Shown here in pieces: positions 24,569 to 35,336 of a DNA stretch of 64,000 nucleotides. The notes beneath the pieces were generated by a model. That model ran no database searches. It was not told where the DNA came from and worked only from the letters and a program-made list of their open reading frames with translations. The stretch covers positions 31,257-95,256 of the forward strand of contig DGEO01000037.1 of the NCBI GenBank assembly GCA_002385985.1, written 5' to 3'. The translations under genes were made by a program, and so were the position numbers. Source of the stretch: Anaerolineaceae bacterium UBA3924. GTDB taxonomy: Bacteria > Chloroflexota > Anaerolineae > Anaerolineales > Anaerolineaceae. The first letter of the stretch is position 1; the number at the start of each line of letters is the position of its first letter.

Positions 24569-25825
24569 ATGACAACCCCTGTACCCACCTACCCGCGAGG
24601 TCCAATTACACCTGAACACCTGTACGCCATCAGCCAGCTGGCGGCCGAAACCCGAGACTGGCGCGCCGCCCTGGAGACGATCATCAAAGATATCCGCCCT
24701 TACTTTATCTTTGATAACGTCGTGGTGTATCTGATGGACCCGAAGACCCGGGCGCTGGAGGTCGGTTTCGCCAGGGCGACCGGGCGAGGCAAGTCTGCCG
24801 AGGCGGACGTGTCCTGGGGTGAAGCGGTCGCCAATGAAATCGTGCAGGATAACCGGGTCGTCTACAAGCTGCCGGAGGACATGGCGGAAGAAAACCGGCT
24901 GCGGAGGCCCTTCACCTACGGCCTGCCGCTGACCAGCGGCGGGAAAACCCTGGGCGCGATCATCTTCATCCGCTTCGGCAGCCCGGAATATCTCGAGGGC
25001 GACCAGAAGATGGCCCATTTCATCGCCCAGCAGACCTCGCTCATGGTGGAACGCCACCAGCTCCGCAGCAGCCTGGACCAGCTCAACTCGGTCTACCAGC
25101 TCTTCCAGCTGCAGGAAGATTTCATCCACACGCTATCCCACGAGATCCGCAATCCGCTGGGGTTCATCAAGGGCTACACCACCACGCTCCTGCGGCCCAA
25201 CACCCGCTGGGACCCGGAAACCCAGCAGGAGTTTCTGACCATCATCGACAAGGAGACCGACCGACTGCAAGACTTGATCGAGAACCTGCTGGACTCCGCG
25301 CGGCTGCAGTCCGGGCATATGAAGATGGACTTCCAGCCCATCCGCGTCGAGTCGCTGGTCAACGACGTGGTCACCCGCAGCCAGATGCACCATCCGGATT
25401 TGAAGATCGTAACCAAATTCAAGCAGCCGCTGCCCATCATCCACGGCGATTCGCGCCGTCTGGCCCAGGTGTTTGAGAACCTGGTGTCCAATGCGGTAAA
25501 ATACGCTCCGGGTTCACCCGTCTATTTCTGGGTCAGCGGTACAGAGAACGGCGTGCTGATTGAAATCGAAGACAAGGGGCCCGGCATCCCTGCGGAGCAC
25601 CTCAACCAGCTGTTCCAGCGGTTCTACCGCGTGCCCGGGAACTCCATCCACGTCCACGGCTCTGGACTGGGACTGTTTATCGTTAAGCAGATTATCGATG
25701 CGCATCAAGGTCAAATCACAGTTTCCTCCGAAGTTGATCAGGGCACCACGTTCCACATCCAACTGCCCTCGCACCCTGATGAACCGGCGGAGGTAGGCGA
25801 AAGGAAGACAAGAAATGAGCACTAG
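24569..25825 (+). CDS. sensor histidine kinase with GAF-like N-terminal domain
   Basis: 418 aa. H-box FIHTLSHEIRNPL and HATPase boxes (NLVSNAVKYA, DKGPGIP, GSGLGLFIV). No TM segment. Confidence 0.8.
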   Translation: MTTPVPTYPRGPITPEHLYAISQLAAETRDWRAALETIIKDIRPYFIFDNVVVYLMDPKTRALEVGFARATGRGKSAEADVSWGEAVANEIVQDNRVVYKLPEDMAEENRLRRPFTYGLPLTSGGKTLGAIIFIRFGSPEYLEGDQKMAHFIAQQTSLMVERHQLRSSLDQLNSVYQLFQLQEDFIHTLSHEIRNPLGFIKGYTTTLLRPNTRWDPETQQEFLTIIDKETDRLQDLIENLLDSARLQSGHMKMDFQPIRVESLVNDVVTRSQMHHPDLKIVTKFKQPLPIIHGDSRRLAQVFENLVSNAVKYAPGSPVYFWVSGTENGVLIEIEDKGPGIPAEHLNQLFQRFYRVPGNSIHVHGSGLGLFIVKQIIDAHQGQITVSSEVDQGTTFHIQLPSHPDEPAEVGERKTRNEH

Positions 25826-26519
25826 GATCCTGGTCGTCGACGACGAACAGCTCTACAGGCACCTCCTGCGAGTTAACCTGGAAGCGGAAGACTACGAGGT
25901 CATCACCGCCACCAACGGCGAAGAAGCGCTGGATATGATGTCAAGCGCCCAGCCCGACCTCGTGCTGCTGGATGTCATGATGCCGAACCTGGACGGGTTC
26001 AGCACCTGCGAGCGCATCCGCCAGTTTTCCAACGTTCCCATCATCATGCTCACCGCACGCGGTGAAGAGAATGACCGTGTCCGCGGACTGAACGCCGGGG
26101 CGGACGACTACGTGGTCAAGCCCTTCTCCGCGACCGAATTGATCGCCCGGGTGCGCGCCGTGCTGCGCCGCGCGCAGAACACTGACCAGGGTATTCAAAA
26201 CCGCTACTTCTCGCACGGCAATCTGCGCCTTGATTTTGCCCGCGCGGAGGTATGGAAGGGAGACAAACCGATCTACCTATCGGCCACCGAATACCGCCTG
26301 TTGATCCAGTTCGCCCACAACGTCGGCCGTGTGCTCTCCGCCGAGGAGCTGCTCACCGCCGTATGGGGCGAGCAGTACCGTGAAGACAAAGAAATTCTGT
26401 GGGTCAGCATTGCCCGTCTGCGCCAGAAGCTCGAAGACGATCCGCACTCACCGCAGCATATCGTTACCCGGTCCGGTCTGGGGTACTTAATGCCGCCCAC
26501 CGAAACCGAAAAAGCCTAG
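25815..26519 (+). CDS. OmpR/PhoB-family response regulator
   Basis: REC domain (ILVVDDE...DLVLLDVMMPNLDG...LTAR) plus a winged-helix Trans_reg_C domain (LSATEYRLL...IVTRSGLGY). Overlaps the kinase stop by 11 nt. Confidence 0.9.
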   Translation: MSTRILVVDDEQLYRHLLRVNLEAEDYEVITATNGEEALDMMSSAQPDLVLLDVMMPNLDGFSTCERIRQFSNVPIIMLTARGEENDRVRGLNAGADDYVVKPFSATELIARVRAVLRRAQNTDQGIQNRYFSHGNLRLDFARAEVWKGDKPIYLSATEYRLLIQFAHNVGRVLSAEELLTAVWGEQYREDKEILWVSIARLRQKLEDDPHSPQHIVTRSGLGYLMPPTETEKA

Positions 26520-26537
26520 AAAGGACTCAGCAGACTT

Positions 26538-26830
26538 ATGCTGCCCATTTTTGAAGAAAAAGGCAAGATTTTCACTCAGGTCATTCAGAAAAAGCCAGTT
26601 CCCGTGGTGCTGCAGACTCCCACTCACCGCATTGAAGGCTTGCTGCATGTACGTCCAGACCAGCGAACCAAAGATGAACTGGATGCTTCCGAGCAGTTCA
26701 TCGCCATCACCGATGCTGTTGTTATGGACGCTGAAGGGAAGGTCGTCATCAAAGCGCCCTTCCTGGCAGTGCAAACCGCTCAGATCATCTGGCTGGCTCC
26801 TCAGGCGGAGCCTGATTCAGGCAACGAAGC

Positions 26831-26834
<4 letters not shown>
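26538..26834 (+). CDS. hypothetical 98-aa protein translationally coupled to cpaF
   Basis: No family recognised by eye. The predicted beta-rich core VVLQTPTHRIEGLLHVRP...FIAITDAVVMD is Sm/PilZ-like in flavour only. Its stop overlaps the cpaF ATG as ATGA. Confidence 0.5.
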
Positions 26835-28147
<1,313 letters not shown>

Positions 28148-28201
28148 AGCTGCGCGCACTGGTTTGATCATTCAGCGGTTCGTTCTTGAGGGAAGGGGAC
28201 C

Positions 28202-28909
28202 ATGAGCACATCCTTAAAGATCGTGAATATTCGCACCCGGAAACTGGGGTTACTCATGTACGACGCCCGCATCGCGGCCGGAAAGAGCCAGGAAGCCTGC
28301 GCGGAGGCGATGCAGATCCCCCTGGAGGATTACCAGGCCTTCGAGACCGGGCAGAGCGCTCCATCCCTGCCGCAGCTGGAAGCCTTTTCTTACTTTTTAA
28401 ACGTCCCGCTCCAGCATTTCTGGGGAACCACACCGCTCTCACAGCGCACCTCCGCCGATACCCTCACCGGGCTGGAGGCGCGCTATACCTCCCGCAATCT
28501 GGAAATCAGCGCCGCGCTGCAGGCAGCCCGCGCGAAGACCGGTCTGTCACTCTCGGACCTGGCGCTGAAAACCGATCTGGATGAGCAAACCCTCTTCCAG
28601 TACGAAGAAGGCATCGAGGGAATCCCCGTCCCGCAGCTGGACCTGATCACCGAGGCCCTCGGCATACCCACGGAGGCGCTGTTCGACCAGACCGGTGAAG
28701 TGGGCCGCTGGCGCACCGAGCGGGACGCGGTGGGCCGCTTTTTACAGCTGCCCATGGAGCTGCAGTGGTTCATCGCCGACCCGGAAAACCAGCCCTATCT
28801 GGAGTTCGCCCGGCGAATTCAGGGAATGGATCTGGACCGCCTGCAGGCTCTGGCCCGGGCACTGCTGGATCTGACCGGAGCACAGGAGCGAGAATCCCAT
28901 GAACACTGA
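28202..28909 (+). CDS. XRE-type helix-turn-helix protein with two HTH modules
   Basis: 235 aa with two Cro/C1-like segments (AAGKSQEACAEAMQIPLEDYQAFETG and KTGLSLSDLALKTDLDEQTLFQYEEG). Confidence 0.6.
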   Translation: MSTSLKIVNIRTRKLGLLMYDARIAAGKSQEACAEAMQIPLEDYQAFETGQSAPSLPQLEAFSYFLNVPLQHFWGTTPLSQRTSADTLTGLEARYTSRNLEISAALQAARAKTGLSLSDLALKTDLDEQTLFQYEEGIEGIPVPQLDLITEALGIPTEALFDQTGEVGRWRTERDAVGRFLQLPMELQWFIADPENQPYLEFARRIQGMDLDRLQALARALLDLTGAQERESHEH

Positions 28910-29441
28910 TATTGAAACCCTCATCCAGGCCGCTGACCAGGCATACGATGCCAAGAAGTACCTCGAAGCGGCCGATCAGTATAAACAGGCTGCAGAAGCG
29001 CTGCGGGCGGCCGGCGATCCCCTGCGGGCCGCCGAGATGGACAACAACCGCTGCGTCGCCTTTCTGAAGGCCGGCGAACCGCAGCAGGCCTATGACGCCG
29101 CCGCCGGCACCGACCGGCTCTTCGCTGAGGCCGGAGACACCATCCGCCAGGCGACCGCGATGGCGAATCAGGGGATGGCGCTGGAAGACCTGAAGGAGTT
29201 CGACCGCGCGCTTGAGCTGTACGAGCAGGCGGTGGAGATGCTCAAGGAAGCCGGCGAGGATGATATGCGCTCCTACATCCAGGAACGCGTCTCCGGGATC
29301 AAATTCCGATCCAAACAGCCGGTTGAAGGGCTGATGAACATGCAGTTCGCCATCGACAACCGCCAGCGGCGCGGCTGGATTGCCGGCCCTGTGGTCGGGT
29401 TTTTCGTGAAAAACATTCTTAGAAGGTTAGGGTTAAAATAA
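28899..29441 (+). CDS. TPR-like repeat protein with C-terminal hydrophobic tail
   Basis: 180 aa of Ala/Glu-rich helical repeats (YLEAADQYKQAAEAL..., FDRALELYEQAVEMLKEAG), ending in WIAGPVVGFFVKNIL. Overlaps the upstream gene by 11 nt. Confidence 0.5.
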   Translation: MNTDIETLIQAADQAYDAKKYLEAADQYKQAAEALRAAGDPLRAAEMDNNRCVAFLKAGEPQQAYDAAAGTDRLFAEAGDTIRQATAMANQGMALEDLKEFDRALELYEQAVEMLKEAGEDDMRSYIQERVSGIKFRSKQPVEGLMNMQFAIDNRQRRGWIAGPVVGFFVKNILRRLGLK

Positions 29442-29446
29442 GCGGC

Positions 29447-30289
29447 ATTTCATACCGTCCTGCCGAACCCGCGGATGCGGCGGACCTGCTGAACCTGATC
29501 TCCTTCGAGCTGTACAATCACCGCCACCTGGACTGGCGAAACGCGCTGGACTGGCTCGGCCAGCAGCCCTACTGGTTGATGATCCGGGATGAGCGGCCCG
29601 CCGCTGTGCTTGCCCTGCCGCCGGACCCGCCTGGCGTGTACTGGATCCGGGCCTTTGCCTGCTCAGCGCAGTTCAAGCCCGGCGAGGTGTTCAGCGCGCT
29701 GCTGGAGCAGGCCATCTGCCAGCTGGAAACCCTGCCCGGCAAGAAGCTGATTGCCAGCCTGGCCATGCAGAACTGGTTCAACAACATCCTGCTGAAAAAC
29801 GGGTTCGAGTATCACCAGGACATCGTCGTTCTCACCTGGGAGGACCAGCCCGTCCGTGAAACCTCGCTCCCGGCCGGTTTTCAGGTTCGCCCGCTCATTC
29901 CCCCCGACCTGCCTGCCGTTGCTCAGCTGGATCAGCGCTGTTTTGAAGATATCTGGCAGCTGTCGCTGGACTCGCTGCACCACGCTTTTGGCCAGTCGGC
30001 CTACTCAACCGTGGTCGAGGTGAACCGGCGCATCGTCGCCTACCAGATCAGCACCGAGAGCGGCGTCTCAGCGCACCTGGCCCGCATCGCCGTGGACCCC
30101 GACTGGCAGGGCAAGGGCATCGGCCTGCACCTGCTCCTGGATATGCTGCGCTTTTTCACCGGTCAGGGCCACACCTACATCACGGTCAACACGCAGAGCA
30201 GCAACCAGGCTTCGCTGGCGCTCTACCAGGCAGCCGGTTTTACCCGGACTCAGGAGGCCTACCCGGTTTTGCTCCGGCCCTGGAGATAA
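29447..30289 (+). CDS. tandem GNAT-domain N-acetyltransferase (start codon uncertain, probably non-canonical)
   Basis: The second GNAT domain is clear (HLARIAVDPDWQGKGIGLHLL...ASLALYQAAGF). The frame is open from 29423 and encodes a GNAT-like beta1/alpha1 (ISYRPAEPADAADLLNLI). There is no ATG, GTG or TTG before TTG 29576. Candidate starts are ATA 29438 and ATT 29447. Confidence 0.6.
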   Translation: MSYRPAEPADAADLLNLISFELYNHRHLDWRNALDWLGQQPYWLMIRDERPAAVLALPPDPPGVYWIRAFACSAQFKPGEVFSALLEQAICQLETLPGKKLIASLAMQNWFNNILLKNGFEYHQDIVVLTWEDQPVRETSLPAGFQVRPLIPPDLPAVAQLDQRCFEDIWQLSLDSLHHAFGQSAYSTVVEVNRRIVAYQISTESGVSAHLARIAVDPDWQGKGIGLHLLLDMLRFFTGQGHTYITVNTQSSNQASLALYQAAGFTRTQEAYPVLLRPWR

Positions 30290-30304
30290 CCATCGGGGAT
30301 TGGC

Positions 30305-31018
30305 TCAATACAGCCCGAAATGCTGGAACACCAGCACCATAAACGGCGCCGCAAGAAGCGCCGGCAGGAAGTTACCCACCCGGATCTGGCGAATTTCCAG
30401 CAGATTGGAAACGGCGATACCCATCAGCAGCACGCCGCCGACCGCAGTGATCTCCACCATCATGGTTTCGGTGACCAGCGCGTTTACCTGAGCGGCCAGC
30501 AGCGTAATGGCTCCCTGGTAAATGAAAATGGGGCCAGCTGAGAACATCACCCCCAACCCCAGACTGGATGCAAACGCCAGCGAGGCGAAGCCGTCCAGGA
30601 TGGCCTTGATCGCCAGGGTCTGGTAATCACCGGTCAGCCCGTCCTGGATGGACCCCAGGATGGCCATCGGACCGACGCAGAACAGCAGCGAGCTGACGAA
30701 AAATCCCTTAACGAAGCGGCTGCCGTCGCTGCCCGATTCGTGGCTGCGGTTGAGCCGGTGCTCCAGCCAGACCCCGAGGTTCTGGATACCCTTCTCGATC
30801 TGCCACCACTCGCCCAGCAGCACCCCGATCAGCAGGCTGGTCACCACTACCATGGAGTTCTGGGTTTCGATGAACAGCTTGATGCCAAATCCCAGGCAGA
30901 ACAGGCCCAGCACGGATATCACCGACCGCTTGAGGTCTTCCGATAAGCGCGCGCCAATAAGCATGCCCAGGAGGCTGCCGACGACCACCAGGGCAACGTT
31001 GATGAGTGTACCGGTCAT
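30305..31018 (-). CDS. DUF554-family membrane protein
   Basis: 237 aa from MTGTLINVALVVVGSLLG, with about 6 TM helices. The ATG overlaps the upstream TGA by 1 nt. Confidence 0.7.
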   Translation of the reverse strand: MTGTLINVALVVVGSLLGMLIGARLSEDLKRSVISVLGLFCLGFGIKLFIETQNSMVVVTSLLIGVLLGEWWQIEKGIQNLGVWLEHRLNRSHESGSDGSRFVKGFFVSSLLFCVGPMAILGSIQDGLTGDYQTLAIKAILDGFASLAFASSLGLGVMFSAGPIFIYQGAITLLAAQVNALVTETMMVEITAVGGVLLMGIAVSNLLEIRQIRVGNFLPALLAAPFMVLVFQHFGLY

Positions 31019-31584
31019 CAGGTTTGGTTCTTTGCTAAAGTAGGATCTTGACGCCCGCCGTGGCGGACTTCGTACAATTCTAATACAAAGCACAGGGAAG
31101 ACAGCCGGTTCAGATAACTCAGCAGGAACCGGTTCTGCGAACCGCCGCTGGCCAGCAGCTGCGCCATCCAGCGCTCCGCCCGCCGCACGACCGTGCGCGC
31201 CAGATCCAGCGCGGCGGCGGAGGGCGTGTCTCCTGGCAGGATGAACTCGTTAGGCATCTGCACCTGGCTGCCGATGCGCTCCACTTCCGCTTCCAGCCGC
31301 TGCACTGTCTCCGCGGAAATGGACTGGGAGTATTTTTCCGTGTCCGCCCCGGCGGAGGTCTCAGCCATCAGCCGGTACAGGTCCCGCTGCACGGCGAGAA
31401 TGGCTTCCCGGACCGCTTCGGTCTGGCACAGGCTGCGCGCCAGCCCCAGCGCGGCGTTGGCTTCGTCCAGCGCGCCGATGGTCTCGATGCGCAGATCAAA
31501 TTTCGACACCCGCCCGCCGCCAAGCGTGCCGGTGGTGCCGTCGTCACCGGAGGCGGTAAAGTAGGGAGGAGTCTCTGCGCTCAT
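31018..31584 (-). CDS. PduO-type ATP:cob(I)alamin adenosyltransferase
   Basis: 188 aa. N-terminal GDDGTTGTLGGGRVSKFDLRIETIGALDEANAALG is typical of the PduO/MMAB family. Confidence 0.85.
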   Translation of the reverse strand: MSAETPPYFTASGDDGTTGTLGGGRVSKFDLRIETIGALDEANAALGLARSLCQTEAVREAILAVQRDLYRLMAETSAGADTEKYSQSISAETVQRLEAEVERIGSQVQMPNEFILPGDTPSAAALDLARTVVRRAERWMAQLLASGGSQNRFLLSYLNRLSSLCFVLELYEVRHGGRQDPTLAKNQT

Positions 31585-32159
31585 GATGTCTGAGGAAGCC
31601 GGTAAAGGAACCAGAACGACTTCTCGGGGAAGGCTTCCCGGACCGCTTCATCCCAGACGAACTGCGCGGATTGAACCATGGCCCTCAGCAGGCCGTCGGT
31701 GGCTGCCAGAGCGGATTTCTCCTGCGCCAGTGAGCCTTCCAGCTCCCCGCACAGCAGCTCCAGGATCACCCGCTGGCGAACCTGATAGGCATACTCCGCC
31801 GCGGATGGCGAGCCGGACTTGCGCAGATCGTTAAGCATTTCCTGCCAGCGGGCCAGCCTCTGCCGGAACTCTTCACCGGCCTTCTTGATCCAGTGGGCCT
31901 TCCAGCGCTCACGCAGCTGCGTGACATGCTCCTGTATGCGGTCGAGTTCCTCACGCATCTCCGGCGGCCAGTCGACGCCCTGCAGCCGCTTCAGGCTGAG
32001 CATCAGGTTCCCGATGGTAAACCGCGGCACATCCCCCGCCCTTGCCCGAGCGCCAGGCACGGGCCAGTACAGCGAGGAGGACAGCAGGTAGCGCTCCAGC
32101 TCATCCAGCGCGGCGCGGGCAATCACCCAATCCTTGTTCAAGGCTTGAATTTCTGTCAT
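31581..32159 (-). CDS. hypothetical helical protein coupled to the adenosyltransferase
   Basis: 192 aa from MTEIQALNKDW. GGAGGAGGGG SD upstream. A 4-nt overlap links it to the downstream ATR gene. No family recognised. Confidence 0.5.
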   Translation of the reverse strand: MTEIQALNKDWVIARAALDELERYLLSSSLYWPVPGARARAGDVPRFTIGNLMLSLKRLQGVDWPPEMREELDRIQEHVTQLRERWKAHWIKKAGEEFRQRLARWQEMLNDLRKSGSPSAAEYAYQVRQRVILELLCGELEGSLAQEKSALAATDGLLRAMVQSAQFVWDEAVREAFPEKSFWFLYRLPQTS

Positions 32160-32190
32160 CCCCTCCTCCGGCTGAATGATGGTGATGTGG

Positions 32191-33888
32191 TTATGGAGCC
32201 GGGCTGGCCTTCGCCTGAGCCGCTTCACCCGTTCTGGTTGCCAGATGCCACTCCAGCACGGTCGCGAAGCGGTCGCTCGGGTCGAAGAGCGGTCCCATCT
32301 GCACGCCGCCGACGGCTCGATCCACAGCATAAGTATATACCGGGTAGTACAGCGGCAGCGCGGGCATTTCCCGGGCGAACACCACCTGGAAGCTGCGGTA
32401 GATGCGTGTGCGCTCGGCCATATCTGTCTCTGTGCGGGCCTGCTCCAGGTATTCGCTGGCGATGCGGTTGTCCCACTGGCTGTAATTCTGGCCGCCGGTC
32501 GCCTGTACCTGATCCCAGAAGGGATAGGGGTCGGGATCTGGAGAGCGAGACAGGTTCAGGTCCACCAGCACAGCCTGGAAGCTGCGCGTCTCCAGGTAAT
32601 CGCTGATCAGCTCGTCATAGGGAACCGCCTGCAGGGCCACGTCCACACCCAGCTCCAGCCAGTTGTCCTGGATCACTTCGGCGATCCGGCGGTGCGTGTC
32701 GGTGTCCGGGTGCAGCAGCGTAAAGCGCAGCACGACGCCGTCTTTCGAGCGGATGCCGGTTTCCTCGTCGATCTTGTAGCCGGCCTGGCTCAGCGCTTCT
32801 TTGGCCGCCTCGCGGTCAAACGCTACCTGCGGAGTCTCCTCGTAATAAGCCCAGGTTTCGGGGAAGATCACCCCGTTGGCAATGATCGCCTGGCCGTTCA
32901 GCACCCGGTCCACCATGTACTGTCGGTTCAGGCCCTGCAGCAGCGCCTGCCGAAGGTCGGAGTCCTGGAGGAAGGCGTATTCGGGGTTCTTCAGGTTGAA
33001 CATCACCAGTGCCAGCTCGGGGCGGCGGCCGGTGTACACGGACAGACCCTCCTCAGCCAGCACGTCCGGGAGGATATCCTCACCGATCGACTGGATGCCC
33101 TGCACCAGCCCTTCGCGGTAGGCCTGCAGCGCGGACTGCCCGTCCGGATAAAAGCGGAAGATGATCTCCTGGATGAAGGGCTTCTCGCCGAAGTAGTCCT
33201 CGTAGGCCACCAGCTGCACGCCCTGGATCACGCCGTCATCAGCGATCACGCCGCCGAAGCGGTACGGTCCGCTGCCCACCGGCTCGATGTTGAACCCGGC
33301 GTCGATCATCTGATCAAACGTCTGGTCACCGAGCAGGTGCTCGGGGATCACGCCAAAGGTCAGGTAATCGATGAACGGCGAGAACGGCTCCGGCAGGCGG
33401 AACTGCAGGTGAGTCTCGTCCAGCGCTTCCACTTCCACTGTGTCCCAGAACTCCTGCAGGTCGGCCGGGACCACGTCGTTGTCCGAACGCAGCATCTCCA
33501 CCGTGAACACCACGTCCTGCGCGGTCACGGGCTGGCCGTCGTGCCATTTGGCCCCTTCCTGCAGGACCAGGTTGTAGACGGTGCCATCCTCAGAAACGCC
33601 CCAGTTGGCGGCCAGCTCGGGATTGGGAATCCCGCGCTCGTCAAAGCGAACCAGCTGGCTGAAGATCAGGCGGTTGATGTCACGGTCCGTCTGGTTGTAA
33701 TAGTCCAGCAGCGGGTTCAGTCGCTGCAGGGATCCCACAAGCGCTTCCGTGTAGTTTCCCCCTCGCACCGGCTCAGGTGTCGTGATCGGATTGGACTCGA
33801 CGGATTGCTCGCTCAGCAGCAGGATGCCCACGACCAATCCAGCCAGGAAGATGATTGCCAGTTGCCAGGAAACTTTTTTCATATGCAT
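32191..33888 (-). CDS. ABC transporter substrate-binding protein, family 5 (peptide/nickel type)
   Basis: 565 aa with an N-terminal signal anchor and family-5 SBP-like body. No permease or ATPase genes are adjacent. Confidence 0.8.
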   Translation of the reverse strand: MHMKKVSWQLAIIFLAGLVVGILLLSEQSVESNPITTPEPVRGGNYTEALVGSLQRLNPLLDYYNQTDRDINRLIFSQLVRFDERGIPNPELAANWGVSEDGTVYNLVLQEGAKWHDGQPVTAQDVVFTVEMLRSDNDVVPADLQEFWDTVEVEALDETHLQFRLPEPFSPFIDYLTFGVIPEHLLGDQTFDQMIDAGFNIEPVGSGPYRFGGVIADDGVIQGVQLVAYEDYFGEKPFIQEIIFRFYPDGQSALQAYREGLVQGIQSIGEDILPDVLAEEGLSVYTGRRPELALVMFNLKNPEYAFLQDSDLRQALLQGLNRQYMVDRVLNGQAIIANGVIFPETWAYYEETPQVAFDREAAKEALSQAGYKIDEETGIRSKDGVVLRFTLLHPDTDTHRRIAEVIQDNWLELGVDVALQAVPYDELISDYLETRSFQAVLVDLNLSRSPDPDPYPFWDQVQATGGQNYSQWDNRIASEYLEQARTETDMAERTRIYRSFQVVFAREMPALPLYYPVYTYAVDRAVGGVQMGPLFDPSDRFATVLEWHLATRTGEAAQAKASPAP

Positions 33889-33980
33889 TTAAACTCAAAA
33901 GGGCGAGCCCCTATCGAACCAAGTGAGTCGCCCTTTATGACCTTGGATTTGAGATTCAGATGAAAGAATTCCAGCGAAGT

Positions 33981-34202
33981 TTACCCCAATGCGACGGTCA
34001 CCAGTGTGAGAATGATGAACAGGACAGCCAGGCCGATGGTGATGTAAAACAGGGTCTTCTCTAAACCCCGCCGCTGAGTGAACACCGAACCGGTATCGGC
34101 GCCAGTCAGGCCGCCCAGACCAACGCCCTTGTTCTGCAAGATCACGCTCGCGATCAGGGCGATGGAAGTTATAATCAAGGCGATGTCGAAATAGGTTGCC
34201 AC
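33981..34202 (-). CDS. secG: preprotein translocase subunit SecG
   Basis: 73 aa with two TM helices flanking the Gly-rich loop QNKGVGLGGLTGADTGS. Confidence 0.85.
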   Translation of the reverse strand: MATYFDIALIITSIALIASVILQNKGVGLGGLTGADTGSVFTQRRGLEKTLFYITIGLAVLFIILTLVTVALG

Positions 34203-34266
34203 GCAGTACCTCCTGGAATGTGAACAGGGAGATTATACCTTCCAAAAACCCGATTCGTCAACCACA

Positions 34267-35334
34267 ATGCATGAAATTATCGTCAACCTTCACAATCACA
34301 CCCGGTATTCCGACGGAACCGGGACCCATGCCGATATTGCCCGGGCCGCTCTGGACAGCGGCCTGGATGTCGTCATTGTCACCGACCACAACGTCCTGGT
34401 AAAAGGCGTCGATGGATATGTGCGGCGGAAAAGCAAACGGGTACTTCTGCTGGTCGGGGAAGAGATCCACGATCCCTGGGCCACCCCGCAGAAGAATCAC
34501 CTGCTGGTGATCGGCGCCCGGCGGGAGCTGGCCGGTTACTCGCACAGCCCCCAGCAGGTCATCGATCAGGCCGGCATGGACGGCGCGCTGACCTATCTGG
34601 CGCACCCCTACGAGCATCCCCTGGCGCTGATCAAAGAGCCGGCCATTCCCTGGCTAGACTGGCAGGTGCAGGGCTTTACCGGTATTGAACTGTGGAACAA
34701 CCTGAGCGAAATCAAGAGCGTCTCGCGAAACAGCCTGCTGGCCCTCTTCTACACCCTTTTCCCCCGCTGGCTGGCGCACAGTCCCCTGCCCGAAACGCTG
34801 GAACAGTGGGACTCGCTGACCACCGCCGGAAAGCGCGTCGTAGCGGTCGGCGGGTCCGACGGCCACGCGCTGGATTTCCACCTCGGACCCTTCCGGCGGA
34901 CCATCTTCCCTTACCAGTTCCATTTCAGGTCCATCAATAACCACGTGCTGCTGGACGAGCCGCTGAGCGGCGATGCGGATCGCGACCGCGCACTGGTGTT
35001 GGATGCGCTTAGCCGAGGGCACTCCTTCGTCGGCTACGACCTGCCCGCCCCGACCAACGGCTTTCGCTTCACCGCCCAGCACAGGCGCGGCCTGTCGATC
35101 ATGGGAGACGAGGCCGCCCTCGAGGGCAGCGCGACCCTGCAAATCCACCTGCCCTACGCGGCCGAGTGCCGCCTGATCTGCGACGGCCAGGTGGTGCAGA
35201 CCTGGAAAGGCCAGGAGAGCTGCACCTACATCACCTCGCAGCCGGGCGTGTACCGCGCCGAAGTCTACCTGCGCTACGGCGGCGTGCGCCGCGGGTGGAT
35301 TTTCTCCAACCCGATCTACCTGCGGAGGAGCTGA
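34267..35334 (+). CDS. PHP-domain metallohydrolase (CehA/McbA-like)
   Basis: N-terminal HNHTRYSDG plus VIVTDHN, HP and GGSDGHA metal-ligand motifs. Confidence 0.75.
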   Translation: MHEIIVNLHNHTRYSDGTGTHADIARAALDSGLDVVIVTDHNVLVKGVDGYVRRKSKRVLLLVGEEIHDPWATPQKNHLLVIGARRELAGYSHSPQQVIDQAGMDGALTYLAHPYEHPLALIKEPAIPWLDWQVQGFTGIELWNNLSEIKSVSRNSLLALFYTLFPRWLAHSPLPETLEQWDSLTTAGKRVVAVGGSDGHALDFHLGPFRRTIFPYQFHFRSINNHVLLDEPLSGDADRDRALVLDALSRGHSFVGYDLPAPTNGFRFTAQHRRGLSIMGDEAALEGSATLQIHLPYAAECRLICDGQVVQTWKGQESCTYITSQPGVYRAEVYLRYGGVRRGWIFSNPIYLRRS

Positions 35335-35336
35335 CC

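Noticed and set aside
32176-33963. 595-aa ORF on the + strand opposite the family-5 substrate-binding protein; similar cases at 49134..50807, 35978..37342, 54913..55917 and 27386..28171
   Set aside because: All are antisense to genes with recognisable family motifs. Their composition is low-complexity and their starts lack SDs, so they are high-GC shadow ORFs.
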